From IMG/VR virus record IMGVR_UViG_3300047474_000200, positions 1 to 33,989 of that record: DNA of 33,989 nucleotides. One strand, written 5' to 3'. The stretch comes from a virus. Its lineage: Duplodnaviria > Caudoviricetes. Position 1 is the first letter of the stretch. The number at the start of each line of letters is the position of its first letter. Both the position numbers and the translations under genes were made by a program. The notes under the pieces are model-generated. The model did no database searches. It had not been told where the DNA came from and saw only the letters and a program-made list of their open reading frames with translations. Of this stretch, positions 9,635 through 18,989 are shown in pieces.

Positions 9635-9895
9635 TTGTCATACAGTAAACTCGATAGGCGTATCATTGATACATACAATAAAATTGTGTCGGCACTTCCG
9701 AATAAATCAGCGGATAGACGTGTTGCAGAATGTGTAGATAAAGATCCTGACACAGGACTTATCAAAGCAGTAGGTGTATATGATACAAAAACTAAAAAAT
9801 ATGCTATAATTGAATTGAATAATTATAGAACAAAAAGATTTGAAGATATAAAAGAATTAGCACATATCAAACAAATCGTATCAAACTCAAAGTAA
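9635..9895 (+). CDS. Hypothetical protein (86 aa)
   Basis: TTG start preceded by AAGGAG; tightly packed in the operon. Confidence 0.7.
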   Translation: MSYSKLDRRIIDTYNKIVSALPNKSADRRVAECVDKDPDTGLIKAVGVYDTKTKKYAIIELNNYRTKRFEDIKELAHIKQIVSNSK

Positions 9896-9896
9896 A

Positions 9897-10124
9897 ATGA
9901 CTGAACCTTTAACAAAGCAGTTCACAAACGATACACTTGAAGAAGAATTAAGGACTATGCTCGTTGATAAAAACAACGAGTGTAATCACCTTAAGGCTCA
10001 AATAGAAATATTGGAAAAGTGTGTTGCAGATGAACAAGAGCAAAAGTACAGGGCATTAGTAAAAGCGGCAGACCTAAAGTCTGAACTCAATATACTAAAG
10101 TCTCAAACTCTTAATAAAGTATAG
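9897..10124 (+). CDS. Hypothetical coiled-coil protein (75 aa)
   Basis: Heptad-like LEEELRTML...LKAQIEILEK...LKSELNILK; starts 1 nt after the previous stop; overlaps the convergent gene by 22 nt. Confidence 0.7.
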   Translation: MTEPLTKQFTNDTLEEELRTMLVDKNNECNHLKAQIEILEKCVADEQEQKYRALVKAADLKSELNILKSQTLNKV

Positions 10125-10876
10125 TACTGCATCAACGTCAAGAAGTATGAATACTCTTGAGAGTCGACTCGCTCGTCAATCTCTGTTAAAAGCAAACTAG
10201 GAAATTCGTTGTATGTTCCTGCATTAAGACTTTCAACACCTTTATTAGAAACAAAATCTGATTCTGATAACAACATAGCACACCCAACTAAACTGTTAAA
10301 CATCCTTTGTGTTAAAAGTGTTTTAACATTTTTTTGTACAATTCTTTGTGCTGATATTTTATCTAACTGTAATATTTCTCTAGAAGGAGTAGGCATTATT
10401 GGAAGTATTAAACTTACCAAAGTAATGTTTGGCTTTTTAATTTTTATAAAACTTTGTGGAATACTATTCAAATCAAAATTAGTAAGACCAAACATATCAC
10501 TAGGAACTAAGATATTTTTATATTGAATAATTAATTTTTGTATTTCTTCTGACTGAGGATTTAGAAAACTGTTTTTATTATAAGCAATAACTTTTTCTGC
10601 CTTTTCTTGTTCTGTAAGTTTATGAGAAAACCCAACAACTCCTCTGTTTGCTAAATCCAAAGGAAAGAACTTAAACATATTATCTAATACTTCATCGCCT
10701 TCATCATCTAATGTTAGTGTAATAGGATCGTGAAACTTATCACCTTTTTGCTGTAACTTTGTGTACTGTGGTTCTCCTTCTGCAGAATAACCTTTTCCTA
10801 CAAATAGTCCTTTTGGTGTTTGGTAAGATGCCGGTTTAACATCTAACTCGTCTAGTTGTCCTATTAAAAGTGCCAT
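10103..10876 (-). CDS. Degenerate GH24 (phage lysozyme)-like protein, baseplate associated
   Basis: VVGFSHKLT resembles TIGYGH; AQRIVQKNVKTLLTQRMFNSLV...SLNAGTY resembles the GH24 VKVPLTQNQFDALV...LNAGDY segment; catalytic Glu/Asp/Thr not evident. Coupled to the gp5-like gene by TAATG. Confidence 0.6.
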   Translation of the reverse strand: MALLIGQLDELDVKPASYQTPKGLFVGKGYSAEGEPQYTKLQQKGDKFHDPITLTLDDEGDEVLDNMFKFFPLDLANRGVVGFSHKLTEQEKAEKVIAYNKNSFLNPQSEEIQKLIIQYKNILVPSDMFGLTNFDLNSIPQSFIKIKKPNITLVSLILPIMPTPSREILQLDKISAQRIVQKNVKTLLTQRMFNSLVGCAMLLSESDFVSNKGVESLNAGTYNEFPSLLLTEIDERVDSQEYSYFLTLMQYYTLLRV

Positions 10877-12888
10877 TACCCATCTCCGCCTGTAGCCTTA
10901 GTTAAGAAACCACTTACTGCTTTGAACAATGGATTTGCACCTAAGTCTTTTCTGCTTGGACTTGGTTGGTAACTGTTCCATCTAGATATAATACTGTCTG
11001 GTGCACCTTGCATTTCTGGTAATACCGAAGGAGTTGATGCATAAGGCGAACCTCCTCCTACTAGACCTTCTGCTATTGTGCCTATAACTTTTTCTTTAAT
11101 GCCGTCTAATCCTATACCTGCACCTTGTTGAGCAACACGTTTTATGTTTACTGCTCCACCTAAACTTAGTCCTATACTGCTTTGAGTTGTTAATGTATTT
11201 GTTTTTCTTGATGAACTTGGCTTTCTGGCATTGCCCACACTACTAGCCGCCTTCATTGTCGGTATAGGTGCAGTATTCAACATAATACCTAACGGTGCTG
11301 TTTGTAGCATTAGTCCCATACTGTTCATATAGAAGTTGCCTGGTATAAACTTCGCCGCCGCGGCTGATGTTGCCGCTTCTTCCAAGTCTCCGTCTAGTAC
11401 TGCATCTTTAACAGTACCAGGAGTGATACCATTATTAATAACAATATCTCCTACTATGTCTACTTGTAAACCTCCTCTAGGAATAAATGATTCTAATGGG
11501 TTAGACAAATTAAGTCCTTCGCCACTTAGTAACCCTGATGCCGCATCTCCTATAGCACCGTCTAAAGCACCATAGGCATTTTCCAACTGGCTTTGCAATG
11601 AAGGATCAGGTAAAGGTATACTGGACTTAATACCCATCACACCATATGAATGTATGTTTACAGGCTTTCCTCTTAAACCAACTTTACCTTGTTTACTACT
11701 GATTCTAACACCGCCATAATCGTTTCTCAAATTCATTCCGTTTACGCCGTGTATGTTTACTCGTCCGCCTTTGCTGTGCATTCTACCTAATTGTAGTGTT
11801 TCCCAGATTGGGTCTCCTCTACCTAAGTTATCTGCAGGGTGAATAATTCCGTACTTGCTAGATAGTTTTAGTCCTACTTTAGGTTTACCGCCTTCTATAC
11901 TTAAACTTAACCCATCTATCTCACTTGGTACAGGATTATCATTTCTTGCTTTGATGTTTACATCACCGCCTGCTTCTATGTTTACATTGTTATCGCCCCT
12001 TAGGTTTACATCACCTCTTGCTCTAACACTAAAATTACCATCTGCAAAGAAATCCATATTTCCTTCGCCATCTATTTCTATCCAGCCTGTACCGTATTTG
12101 TTTATAATAAAAATTGTATCTGTTGAATCGTGCATAAGAATTTGCATACCGTTTTTAGTACGCAATCTTATTTGACTGTCGTCTGGGTGGTCATCTAATA
12201 TAAATTGATGTCCGCCATCTCTTGTTCCTGATGCTGACTTTAAAGGACCGGGAGTAAGTATACCAAATACTTGACTGGGTGATTCTCTTCTAGCACCACT
12301 ACTGGTTAAACCTCTAGGCCAATCATTACTAATACCTTGTGCTTCTAATACTGCTGTAAGAGGATCGTGTGCCGCTCTAGCACCGCCTTTTGCTTGTAGT
12401 TTGTTTGAACCTGCTCTATATTTGTAACCAGTATCTGGATTCTCAGTTTGAGTCTTATCTTTTTCTGTAACTGGCATAACATTGCCGTCGTGTGTTACAC
12501 CTGCAGGGATACCGGGTATCATATGATTCATTAGTGTGGGTTGTACACACCCTATACAAAAACCTCTATTGACATTTCCGCCTTCGAACGCAACAATGAC
12601 TTCGTTGCCTATATCGGGTGGCACCATCCACATACCATAACTGGTTTGTGTTTCTGCATATTCTGTTCCGCCTTCGACTGGATTGTTATTTGCTATTCCG
12701 CCAAAGGGTGTTGTCCACGTTACCCAAAAACTGTCTCCTATTAAATCATTCTTTACAAATAATCTGCCGTCTCTGTTTGGGTCTGAGGAGTTTACAACTT
12801 CGCACTTGTATACTCCGTAATATTTTTCATCATTATCATTTACTCTATCTGACGGAGATTGTCTATTTGTTTTGCTAATTTTTGCCAT
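10876..12888 (-). CDS. gp5: Baseplate central spike, gp5/VgrG-like (OB-fold plus beta-helix)
   Basis: GVYKCEVVNSSDPNRDGRLFV...TPFGG...SYGMWMVPPDIGNEVIVAFEGG (gp5 OB domain); GHQFILDD...IRLRTKNGMQILMHD...VNLRGDNNVNIEAGGDVNIKA (beta-helix repeats). Confidence 0.85.
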   Translation of the reverse strand: MAKISKTNRQSPSDRVNDNDEKYYGVYKCEVVNSSDPNRDGRLFVKNDLIGDSFWVTWTTPFGGIANNNPVEGGTEYAETQTSYGMWMVPPDIGNEVIVAFEGGNVNRGFCIGCVQPTLMNHMIPGIPAGVTHDGNVMPVTEKDKTQTENPDTGYKYRAGSNKLQAKGGARAAHDPLTAVLEAQGISNDWPRGLTSSGARRESPSQVFGILTPGPLKSASGTRDGGHQFILDDHPDDSQIRLRTKNGMQILMHDSTDTIFIINKYGTGWIEIDGEGNMDFFADGNFSVRARGDVNLRGDNNVNIEAGGDVNIKARNDNPVPSEIDGLSLSIEGGKPKVGLKLSSKYGIIHPADNLGRGDPIWETLQLGRMHSKGGRVNIHGVNGMNLRNDYGGVRISSKQGKVGLRGKPVNIHSYGVMGIKSSIPLPDPSLQSQLENAYGALDGAIGDAASGLLSGEGLNLSNPLESFIPRGGLQVDIVGDIVINNGITPGTVKDAVLDGDLEEAATSAAAAKFIPGNFYMNSMGLMLQTAPLGIMLNTAPIPTMKAASSVGNARKPSSSRKTNTLTTQSSIGLSLGGAVNIKRVAQQGAGIGLDGIKEKVIGTIAEGLVGGGSPYASTPSVLPEMQGAPDSIISRWNSYQPSPSRKDLGANPLFKAVSGFLTKATGGDG

Positions 12889-12889
12889 C

Positions 12890-15880
12890 TTATCCTCCGT
12901 CTATCGGTACTTCTTCATCGTCTGTTTCGTTGTTTTGATTTGCTTGCCATTCCTGAATTTCTTCTCCGGTCCAAAACTCTCCGTTGGCGTCAAGGTATAG
13001 TCCGTCGTGTTCTCCGCCTTCTTGATACCATACAGGCATTGTAATGTTTAACGGTCTTTCGAACTCAATTGGCTCTGTAGTAGTATCATCTTTAACTACA
13101 CTATTTAACTTCTCAGGATTTGCAAGCCTTTCATTCTTGACTCCTGTGATCCTAGATGTATATATGCCGCCTTGGAATGTATGCTCTACCATAGTAGCAA
13201 GATAGTATCCTGTGTATCTACCGTGATTTGGAGCACTTGCTTTTCCTAAAGACACATCATAATCTGGTGTTGTAAAACTAAAAATAAACAATCTTTCAAA
13301 ATAACTAGGCAACATTGATTGCTTTTCATTTAATGCTGATGAAATTTCTGTTATGCCTTCTGCTTCTTGAGTTGGTCCTGATGTTTTTAATGTGCCTGGT
13401 AACCAATAAGGGTCGCCTTTGATTTCTAAATCTAATGTTTTTAAGAATGCAGGATACTGATTTTGATGATACAATAATTCCATAACATTAGGAGTAACAC
13501 TTAGGTCTCCTACTTTTTCTTTATCTGCTACTACTTCGTCTACGGCTGTACTGGTAGTTACACCTGTGGGTGCTTCATTTTGTTTTGCTATTTCATCAAA
13601 GCCGCCTACTTCTAAAATGTCATCTAGATATTTGACTGGAATATCATCCTCTGATAATTGTATAACTCTTGGGTCATTGAATCCTTCTATTAAATCTCCT
13701 AGTAACCCATCGAAGTCTGTTAAACTATCTAATGTATTATTAATCTCTGATAGTATGCTGTCTACTGGATCGAACACATTATCGAAAAACTCTTGGAACT
13801 CATCTTCTATTCCCAAGTTGTAAAGTAGTGGTCCGTTGTCTGTTAAAATTCCTTGCATATCATTTTTAAATGCATCATACTGTTCTTGAATAGGAGCAAG
13901 TAAACCTGCCTTTAAAGGACCTGTAAATTCTTCAATCTTTTGTTTAAATATATCTCCTACATTAGTTGCTTTTGCCAAGAAGTCTTTCATTATGTCTTCA
14001 CCAACTTGACCAAAGTCATCTTCAATAACATCTTCTAAATTCTTTATATCTGATACCAAAGATTTTGCTTTGTTCAATCTTTCGTCAAATTTTGTTATTG
14101 CTTCTCCTAATGGACTGATTCTTCCTAACAATTTTGGATCTATTCTAGTGTTTACAAAGTCTATGTCTCCTCCTAGTAAAGCACTAAATCCTTTTGTTCG
14201 TGCCAGTGTAACAACACGTTGAAAATCTTGTACCGTTGCTTGGGCACCTTTTACAATAACATCTTCGACTTGTGTTTGCAATTTAGTAACATACTTCGCA
14301 ACGTCTAATTGGCTTAATACACCTGCCAGATACTTTTGGTCAAACTCTTCTGCAACTTCGGTTGCACTTTGATTCTTAACTTCGCTTTGTCTAACTCTTG
14401 CTTTTAAGTTTACACCGCCTGTGGGCAATGTCAACATCATTCCGTTTCCTGAAGTATCTGAAATGACTGCATTCAGTATTTGGTCATTTTGTCCTGTAAA
14501 AATATATGGATAGTATCTATGTGTGATTGCATTTAATTCTTCTTGTAAATTCTGTTTTCCAATTGCTGTAATATTTAAAATCTCATCAGGCATTATGAAC
14601 ATATTAGAATATACTCTTTTTAACATTATCCTGTGAGTGTACTTGTATGCAACTCTGTTATGAAGATAATTTACACCAATCGGTGCAATATCCGTTTTAA
14701 TATCAAACCAAAATACTGCTGTCTTGTCGTAGTCTAAATCAGTAGGAATTAATTTTTTAATATCTGCAAGAGATTTTCCACTAACCAATCTAATTACCAT
14801 ATTTTGAATCTTTATATCTTGTAAAATAATTTTAGTTGCGGCTGTAACCAAGTCTGTTTTATCTGGAAATGTTGTGTAAATATATGTTGCGTCTGGATTT
14901 GCATCTGCATTTGCAGGCACAGTTAAATCTTCTTGCTTTTCTAAATCCAATTCGTTGAACACTACTACACTTTCTGCAGAGTATTTCGATGTATCAATCT
15001 TACTACTTAAATCTATTAAGGAGTTGGGCCAGTTTTGCATTATTTTTAATGCCTCAGTATCGACACCTTCTTCACCTGGTTTTGGATAAATTGTATCAGT
15101 ATCAAACTCGTGTATGTCATATGGAGTTTGCCCTGGTGTTTCGTTTACATCTGCTTTGTTTTCTCTAATTTTATCACTATACGCATTTTTGTTTAGCCTA
15201 TTAAATCCTTTTGCTAAATTATCTAATCCTTCTTTTATAGTGGAATACACAATAGAAAATTTATTTAACGACTGTCTTCTTTCTAAGTTGGCTTCGAATA
15301 TGCCATCTTCGTATCCAATACAAGCAAAATTGTATTCTGAAGAATTACTCTGAATTACCAAATCGAAATCTGATAACAACATTCTAATAATTTTAGTTGG
15401 TGCTTCATATTCTATAGGAGGGTTTAAATTTCCAGAGTTGAATTTTTGTCCACCTACAAATCCTATTTCTAAAAATAAAGGGAACTCTTGAAAAGGTTTC
15501 AAGTTAAGTGCTTCTTGGGCCGCCAGTAGTCTTTCCATTAAATCGCATCGCAACGGCTGAATCAATTTAAAATTTATATTTGTGCCTATACTGTTAGAGG
15601 ATGATCCTTCGCCACCGCCACCTACAACTGAACTTATCACAAGGTCATCTATTTTTATATCTGTTATGCCTGTTTGAGCAATAATTATTTCGTTGTTCTC
15701 ATCTCTGATAAATCCTTGTCCGCCTTCGCCTGCACCAGAAATAAGAGAACCTAATCCTAGCATATAAAGTTTTATGTTGTATGTTGCTGTTGAATATTCA
15801 TCAAGAATGTTAGAGGGTACAAATCCTCCATCTACATAAGGACACTCTCTGACAGGGCCTGAATATTTTTCTAATGTCAT
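12890..15880 (-). CDS. Baseplate hub protein, gp27-like with large insertions
   Basis: C-terminal LDLEIKGDPYWL...TGYYLATMVEHTFQGGIYTS resembles gp27/gpD hub proteins; lies between the gp53-like and gp5-like genes. Confidence 0.65.
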   Translation of the reverse strand: MTLEKYSGPVRECPYVDGGFVPSNILDEYSTATYNIKLYMLGLGSLISGAGEGGQGFIRDENNEIIIAQTGITDIKIDDLVISSVVGGGGEGSSSNSIGTNINFKLIQPLRCDLMERLLAAQEALNLKPFQEFPLFLEIGFVGGQKFNSGNLNPPIEYEAPTKIIRMLLSDFDLVIQSNSSEYNFACIGYEDGIFEANLERRQSLNKFSIVYSTIKEGLDNLAKGFNRLNKNAYSDKIRENKADVNETPGQTPYDIHEFDTDTIYPKPGEEGVDTEALKIMQNWPNSLIDLSSKIDTSKYSAESVVVFNELDLEKQEDLTVPANADANPDATYIYTTFPDKTDLVTAATKIILQDIKIQNMVIRLVSGKSLADIKKLIPTDLDYDKTAVFWFDIKTDIAPIGVNYLHNRVAYKYTHRIMLKRVYSNMFIMPDEILNITAIGKQNLQEELNAITHRYYPYIFTGQNDQILNAVISDTSGNGMMLTLPTGGVNLKARVRQSEVKNQSATEVAEEFDQKYLAGVLSQLDVAKYVTKLQTQVEDVIVKGAQATVQDFQRVVTLARTKGFSALLGGDIDFVNTRIDPKLLGRISPLGEAITKFDERLNKAKSLVSDIKNLEDVIEDDFGQVGEDIMKDFLAKATNVGDIFKQKIEEFTGPLKAGLLAPIQEQYDAFKNDMQGILTDNGPLLYNLGIEDEFQEFFDNVFDPVDSILSEINNTLDSLTDFDGLLGDLIEGFNDPRVIQLSEDDIPVKYLDDILEVGGFDEIAKQNEAPTGVTTSTAVDEVVADKEKVGDLSVTPNVMELLYHQNQYPAFLKTLDLEIKGDPYWLPGTLKTSGPTQEAEGITEISSALNEKQSMLPSYFERLFIFSFTTPDYDVSLGKASAPNHGRYTGYYLATMVEHTFQGGIYTSRITGVKNERLANPEKLNSVVKDDTTTEPIEFERPLNITMPVWYQEGGEHDGLYLDANGEFWTGEEIQEWQANQNNETDDEEVPIDGG

Positions 15881-16176
15881 TATAACCTTTCTAGTACTCT
15901 TTCTAAAGTAGGTACTTTAATTTTTAAACCAGAAACCATATTCCCAACTGGGTCTCTTAAAAGATCTGGGTTTCTCAATGTAAACACCCACCATAGATTT
16001 GAATCTGCATACAATTCGTGAGCAAGTAAGTCTGGTCTATATTCGGTTTTCTTATCTATTGTTATTGTAACGTCTGTTACAGATGGTTTGAATCCTTTTA
16101 AGTTTAAATAATTTATATCTAAATAAAAGTCTCTTTCTTTTGCATTTTTTATAAAACTGTTTTTAGTTGTTGCCAT
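15880..16176 (-). CDS. gp53: Baseplate LysM-like protein, gp53-like
   Basis: YRPDLLAHELYADSNLWWVF...NP...GLKIKVP pattern. Confidence 0.85.
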   Translation of the reverse strand: MATTKNSFIKNAKERDFYLDINYLNLKGFKPSVTDVTITIDKKTEYRPDLLAHELYADSNLWWVFTLRNPDLLRDPVGNMVSGLKIKVPTLERVLERL

Positions 16177-16997
16177 TATGTGTACTTACCTCCTAATGCT
16201 CCTTGTGTCATAAGATCTAAGTCAAACCTTTTTCTCAATTCAGCAGGATTATATTGTGGTGCTAAGTCAATCAAGATATCAACACTACTAGGCACATAAG
16301 TTGTATAGTTATCCGAGCCATCACGTTGATGCAAGAATAAATTATCTGTTTCTTCTTTGTATATTGCCTTGGTTGCAAAATAGTCTTGTGTGTCTACTGG
16401 TACATAATCAACATCATCTCTTAACTGGTATGAATAGTTCCTTATTACACACGGTACTTTGTCGTACCCATTTGGTCCTAAGTAACTAAACGCCAACACA
16501 GGCGGTACTCTAAATCCTGTGTTCATTGCTCCTCTTCCGTTCTGTGCCTTAATACATACTTTTAAAAAGTTTAAAACTGCTAAAAGATATCTTGCTTCAT
16601 TTACATTGTTTGCTGTAAAAGGTCCACTAACTGTAAACACAGGAGGAGTACTGTTCATAAAACTGTATATAGGATAGTTATAATGAGTGAACGTCATTTC
16701 GTTATAGTTTGCTTGTCCTGTTACAAGTATAGTAGGCGTGTAAGGATATATAATACCACCTATGTCTTTTAGTGGTTGTAAAATTGTGTCTTGCCTATCA
16801 CCGGTGCCATCTTCGCCTTCGCCTGTGCCTAACACTTGCCTCATTTCTTTGTTCTTCAAGTTAGGACCAAATATTTGGTCAAAGTCTGCTTTCTTGTACG
16901 GGCCTATTTTTGCTCGCCAATCTGTGGGACTTAGACGTCTACTGCCTACTTGGTTTGTTATAACTGTTTGTTGGTCTGGTTTATTTCCGCCTTCCAT
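16176..16997 (-). CDS. Putative tail-tube initiator / baseplate cap (gp48/gp54-like)
   Basis: GIIYPYTPTI, VSGPFTA, PPVLAFSYLG...VPCVIRNYSYQL...VP tube-fold pattern. ATG 16997 chosen because AGGAG (17008-17004) lies 6 nt upstream. Confidence 0.65.
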   Translation of the reverse strand: MEGGNKPDQQTVITNQVGSRRLSPTDWRAKIGPYKKADFDQIFGPNLKNKEMRQVLGTGEGEDGTGDRQDTILQPLKDIGGIIYPYTPTILVTGQANYNEMTFTHYNYPIYSFMNSTPPVFTVSGPFTANNVNEARYLLAVLNFLKVCIKAQNGRGAMNTGFRVPPVLAFSYLGPNGYDKVPCVIRNYSYQLRDDVDYVPVDTQDYFATKAIYKEETDNLFLHQRDGSDNYTTYVPSSVDILIDLAPQYNPAELRKRFDLDLMTQGALGGKYT

Positions 16998-17017
16998 CAA
17001 GTTCTCCTAATAAACAG

Positions 17018-17047
17018 TATTTATCGTTATCAATAAAACACGTTTTA
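17018..17047 (-). promoter_or_regulatory. Putative late promoter GATAAATA (17025-17018) with palindrome TAAAAC-AC-GTTTTA (17034-17047)
   Basis: Same motif pair and same 8-nt spacing as at 7042-7071; heads the hub operon. Confidence 0.72.
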
Positions 17048-17072
17048 ATATAAAGAAAAGCATAAGTAATAC

Positions 17073-17101
17073 TTGACAATGCCGTAAAAGTGTATTATAA
17101 T
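17073..17101 (+). promoter_or_regulatory. Consensus sigma70-type promoter of the gp55-gp47-gp46 operon
   Basis: TTGACA (17073-17078), 17 nt, TATAAT (17096-17101); GGAG at 17119-17122 before ATG 17128. Confidence 0.88.
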
Positions 17102-17127
17102 TGTTTAAAAATATATTTGGAGAACAA

Positions 17128-17988
17128 ATGGCTAAAACAAATTATCTTAATAATAAAGATATCTTATTAGAGATTCACAAAAGCAAAATGTCGTTTTGTT
17201 GGGTTAAATCACAAAACCACTATGATTTTGATATTATTGTGAATCACACAGATGAGATTGACAATCAAGCAATCGAAACTGCAAGAATCAATAAAGCACA
17301 AAAACTAAAAGAAGTAAACTATAAATCTGCTGTAGCAGAATATGATGGTCCAGCAAATAAGAAACCTAGACAAAAGGAATTTATTGTTGATCCAGATAGT
17401 TTTGCTTTAGAAGAATTAACTTTTAGAGTTATGGATTTTGACCATATACCTGATGAGCCAGGTAGGAAAAATAATCCTAAAAACATTGCAGAAACAAAGG
17501 CTAAACTAAACTTTTTACCTTTTAAACATTATGCTTACAAAGATGACGAACTTATTGAAGTTGCTAGAAGTCATTGGAGTGGTGGACCTAAGAGTGGTAA
17601 GTTTGATTTAACAAAAGGAACTATTACTCCCAAGTTGGGACATATGTTTTTGAAGTTAGTAGAACGATACAGTCAAAGAGCAAACTGGAGAGGATACACT
17701 TACGTCGACGAAATGAGAGGACAGGCATTAGTGCAATTAGCACAAATTGGTTTACAGTTTAATGAAGCAAAGTCAGACAATCCGTTTGCTTATTATACTG
17801 CCGCAATTACTAATAGTTTTACTAGAGTTTTAAACATTGAGAAACGTAATCAGAACATAAGAGATGATTTACTTATTGAAGCAGGGCAATTGCCAAGTTT
17901 CACAAGACAAATCAAACACGAAGAAGAAGTTAAAGCACAAAGAGAATTAGCAAAGCAGGAAAATACCAATTTAGATGAATCTATTTAA
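17128..17988 (+). CDS. gp55: Late-transcription sigma factor, gp55-like, with large insertion
   Basis: NYLNNKDIL at the N-terminus and LGHMFLKLVERYSQRANWRGYTYVDEM...FNEAKSDNPFAYYTAAITNSFTRVLNIEKRNQ; precedes gp47/gp46 as in T4-like phages. The track's TTG at 17101 overlaps the -10 box, so ATG 17128 is preferred. Confidence 0.88.
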   Translation: MAKTNYLNNKDILLEIHKSKMSFCWVKSQNHYDFDIIVNHTDEIDNQAIETARINKAQKLKEVNYKSAVAEYDGPANKKPRQKEFIVDPDSFALEELTFRVMDFDHIPDEPGRKNNPKNIAETKAKLNFLPFKHYAYKDDELIEVARSHWSGGPKSGKFDLTKGTITPKLGHMFLKLVERYSQRANWRGYTYVDEMRGQALVQLAQIGLQFNEAKSDNPFAYYTAAITNSFTRVLNIEKRNQNIRDDLLIEAGQLPSFTRQIKHEEEVKAQRELAKQENTNLDESI

Positions 17989-18988
17989 ACACGCCGCAGT
18001 ATTCACAGATATACACTACGGCTTGAAGTCTAATAGCGGTGTACATCTTAAAGACTGTAACAAATTTATAGACTGGTTTATAGCAGAGGCTCACGCCAGA
18101 AATGCAGAGACCTGTTTGTTCCTAGGTGATTGGCATCATCAAAGAGCAAGTGTAAATGTAGCAACATTAAATGCAAGTTGGAAAGACTTAAAGAAACTGA
18201 ATGACGCATTTGAAACTGTATACTTTATAACAGGTAACCACGATTTATTTTACAGAGACAAACGTGAACTCAACAGTATGGAGTTTGCTAGAGACTTACC
18301 GAACTTTGTTATGGTAGATGAGATAATGGAACAAGGAGACTGTGCTATTATTCCTTGGCTAGTTGGTGACGAACATAAGAAAGTTGCAAAGATGCAAGTC
18401 AAGTATATGTTTGGTCACTTTGAACTTCCATACTTTAAAATGAATGCAATGGTAGAGATGCCAGACCACGGTGGAATCAAAGCAGAACATTTGGAAGGAC
18501 CCGAGTATGTGTTTAGTGGACATTTCCACAAACGTCAATACAAAAACAATATACATTACATAGGCAATGCCTTCCCCCACAACTATGCAGACGTGTTTGA
18601 TAACGAACGTGGAGCAATGTTTTTAGAATGGGACGAAGAGCCTGTGTTTGTAAACTGGCCCGATTGTCCTCGATATGTAAGTTGTGGACTTAAACAACTG
18701 CTAGATGAAAAGGACTCGTTGTTAAACGAAAACACTTATGCAAGAGTAAAAATAGATGTGCCTATCAGTTATGAAGAAGCAACATTTATCAAAGAAGCAT
18801 TTAGTAATGAGTTTGGAGTAAGGGAACTTAGCCTTATACCAGCAAAAGAAGAAGCAGAAGAATATGTAGAAGAGGATATTCATTTTGAAACAGTCAATCA
18901 AATTGTGTTACAGCAATTAGAAACTGTGGAAAGCAATACAATTCAAACCCAAACGTTGATAGATATTTACAACGATATAGAAATTTAA
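17975..18988 (+). CDS. gp47: Recombination endonuclease subunit, Mre11/SbcD-like
   Basis: Metallophosphoesterase motifs TDIHYG, LGDWHH, GNHD, GHFE, SGHFH. Confidence 0.95.
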   Translation: MNLFKHAAVFTDIHYGLKSNSGVHLKDCNKFIDWFIAEAHARNAETCLFLGDWHHQRASVNVATLNASWKDLKKLNDAFETVYFITGNHDLFYRDKRELNSMEFARDLPNFVMVDEIMEQGDCAIIPWLVGDEHKKVAKMQVKYMFGHFELPYFKMNAMVEMPDHGGIKAEHLEGPEYVFSGHFHKRQYKNNIHYIGNAFPHNYADVFDNERGAMFLEWDEEPVFVNWPDCPRYVSCGLKQLLDEKDSLLNENTYARVKIDVPISYEEATFIKEAFSNEFGVRELSLIPAKEEAEEYVEEDIHFETVNQIVLQQLETVESNTIQTQTLIDIYNDIEI

Positions 18989-18989
18989 T

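Noticed and set aside
24-16489. Plus-strand ORFs inside the baseplate genes (24, 3881, 5363, 5948, 10209, 11336, 11855, 12541, 12618, 12859, 13566, 15114, 16301)
   Set aside because: Antisense shadows of long well-supported genes; no recognisable motifs.
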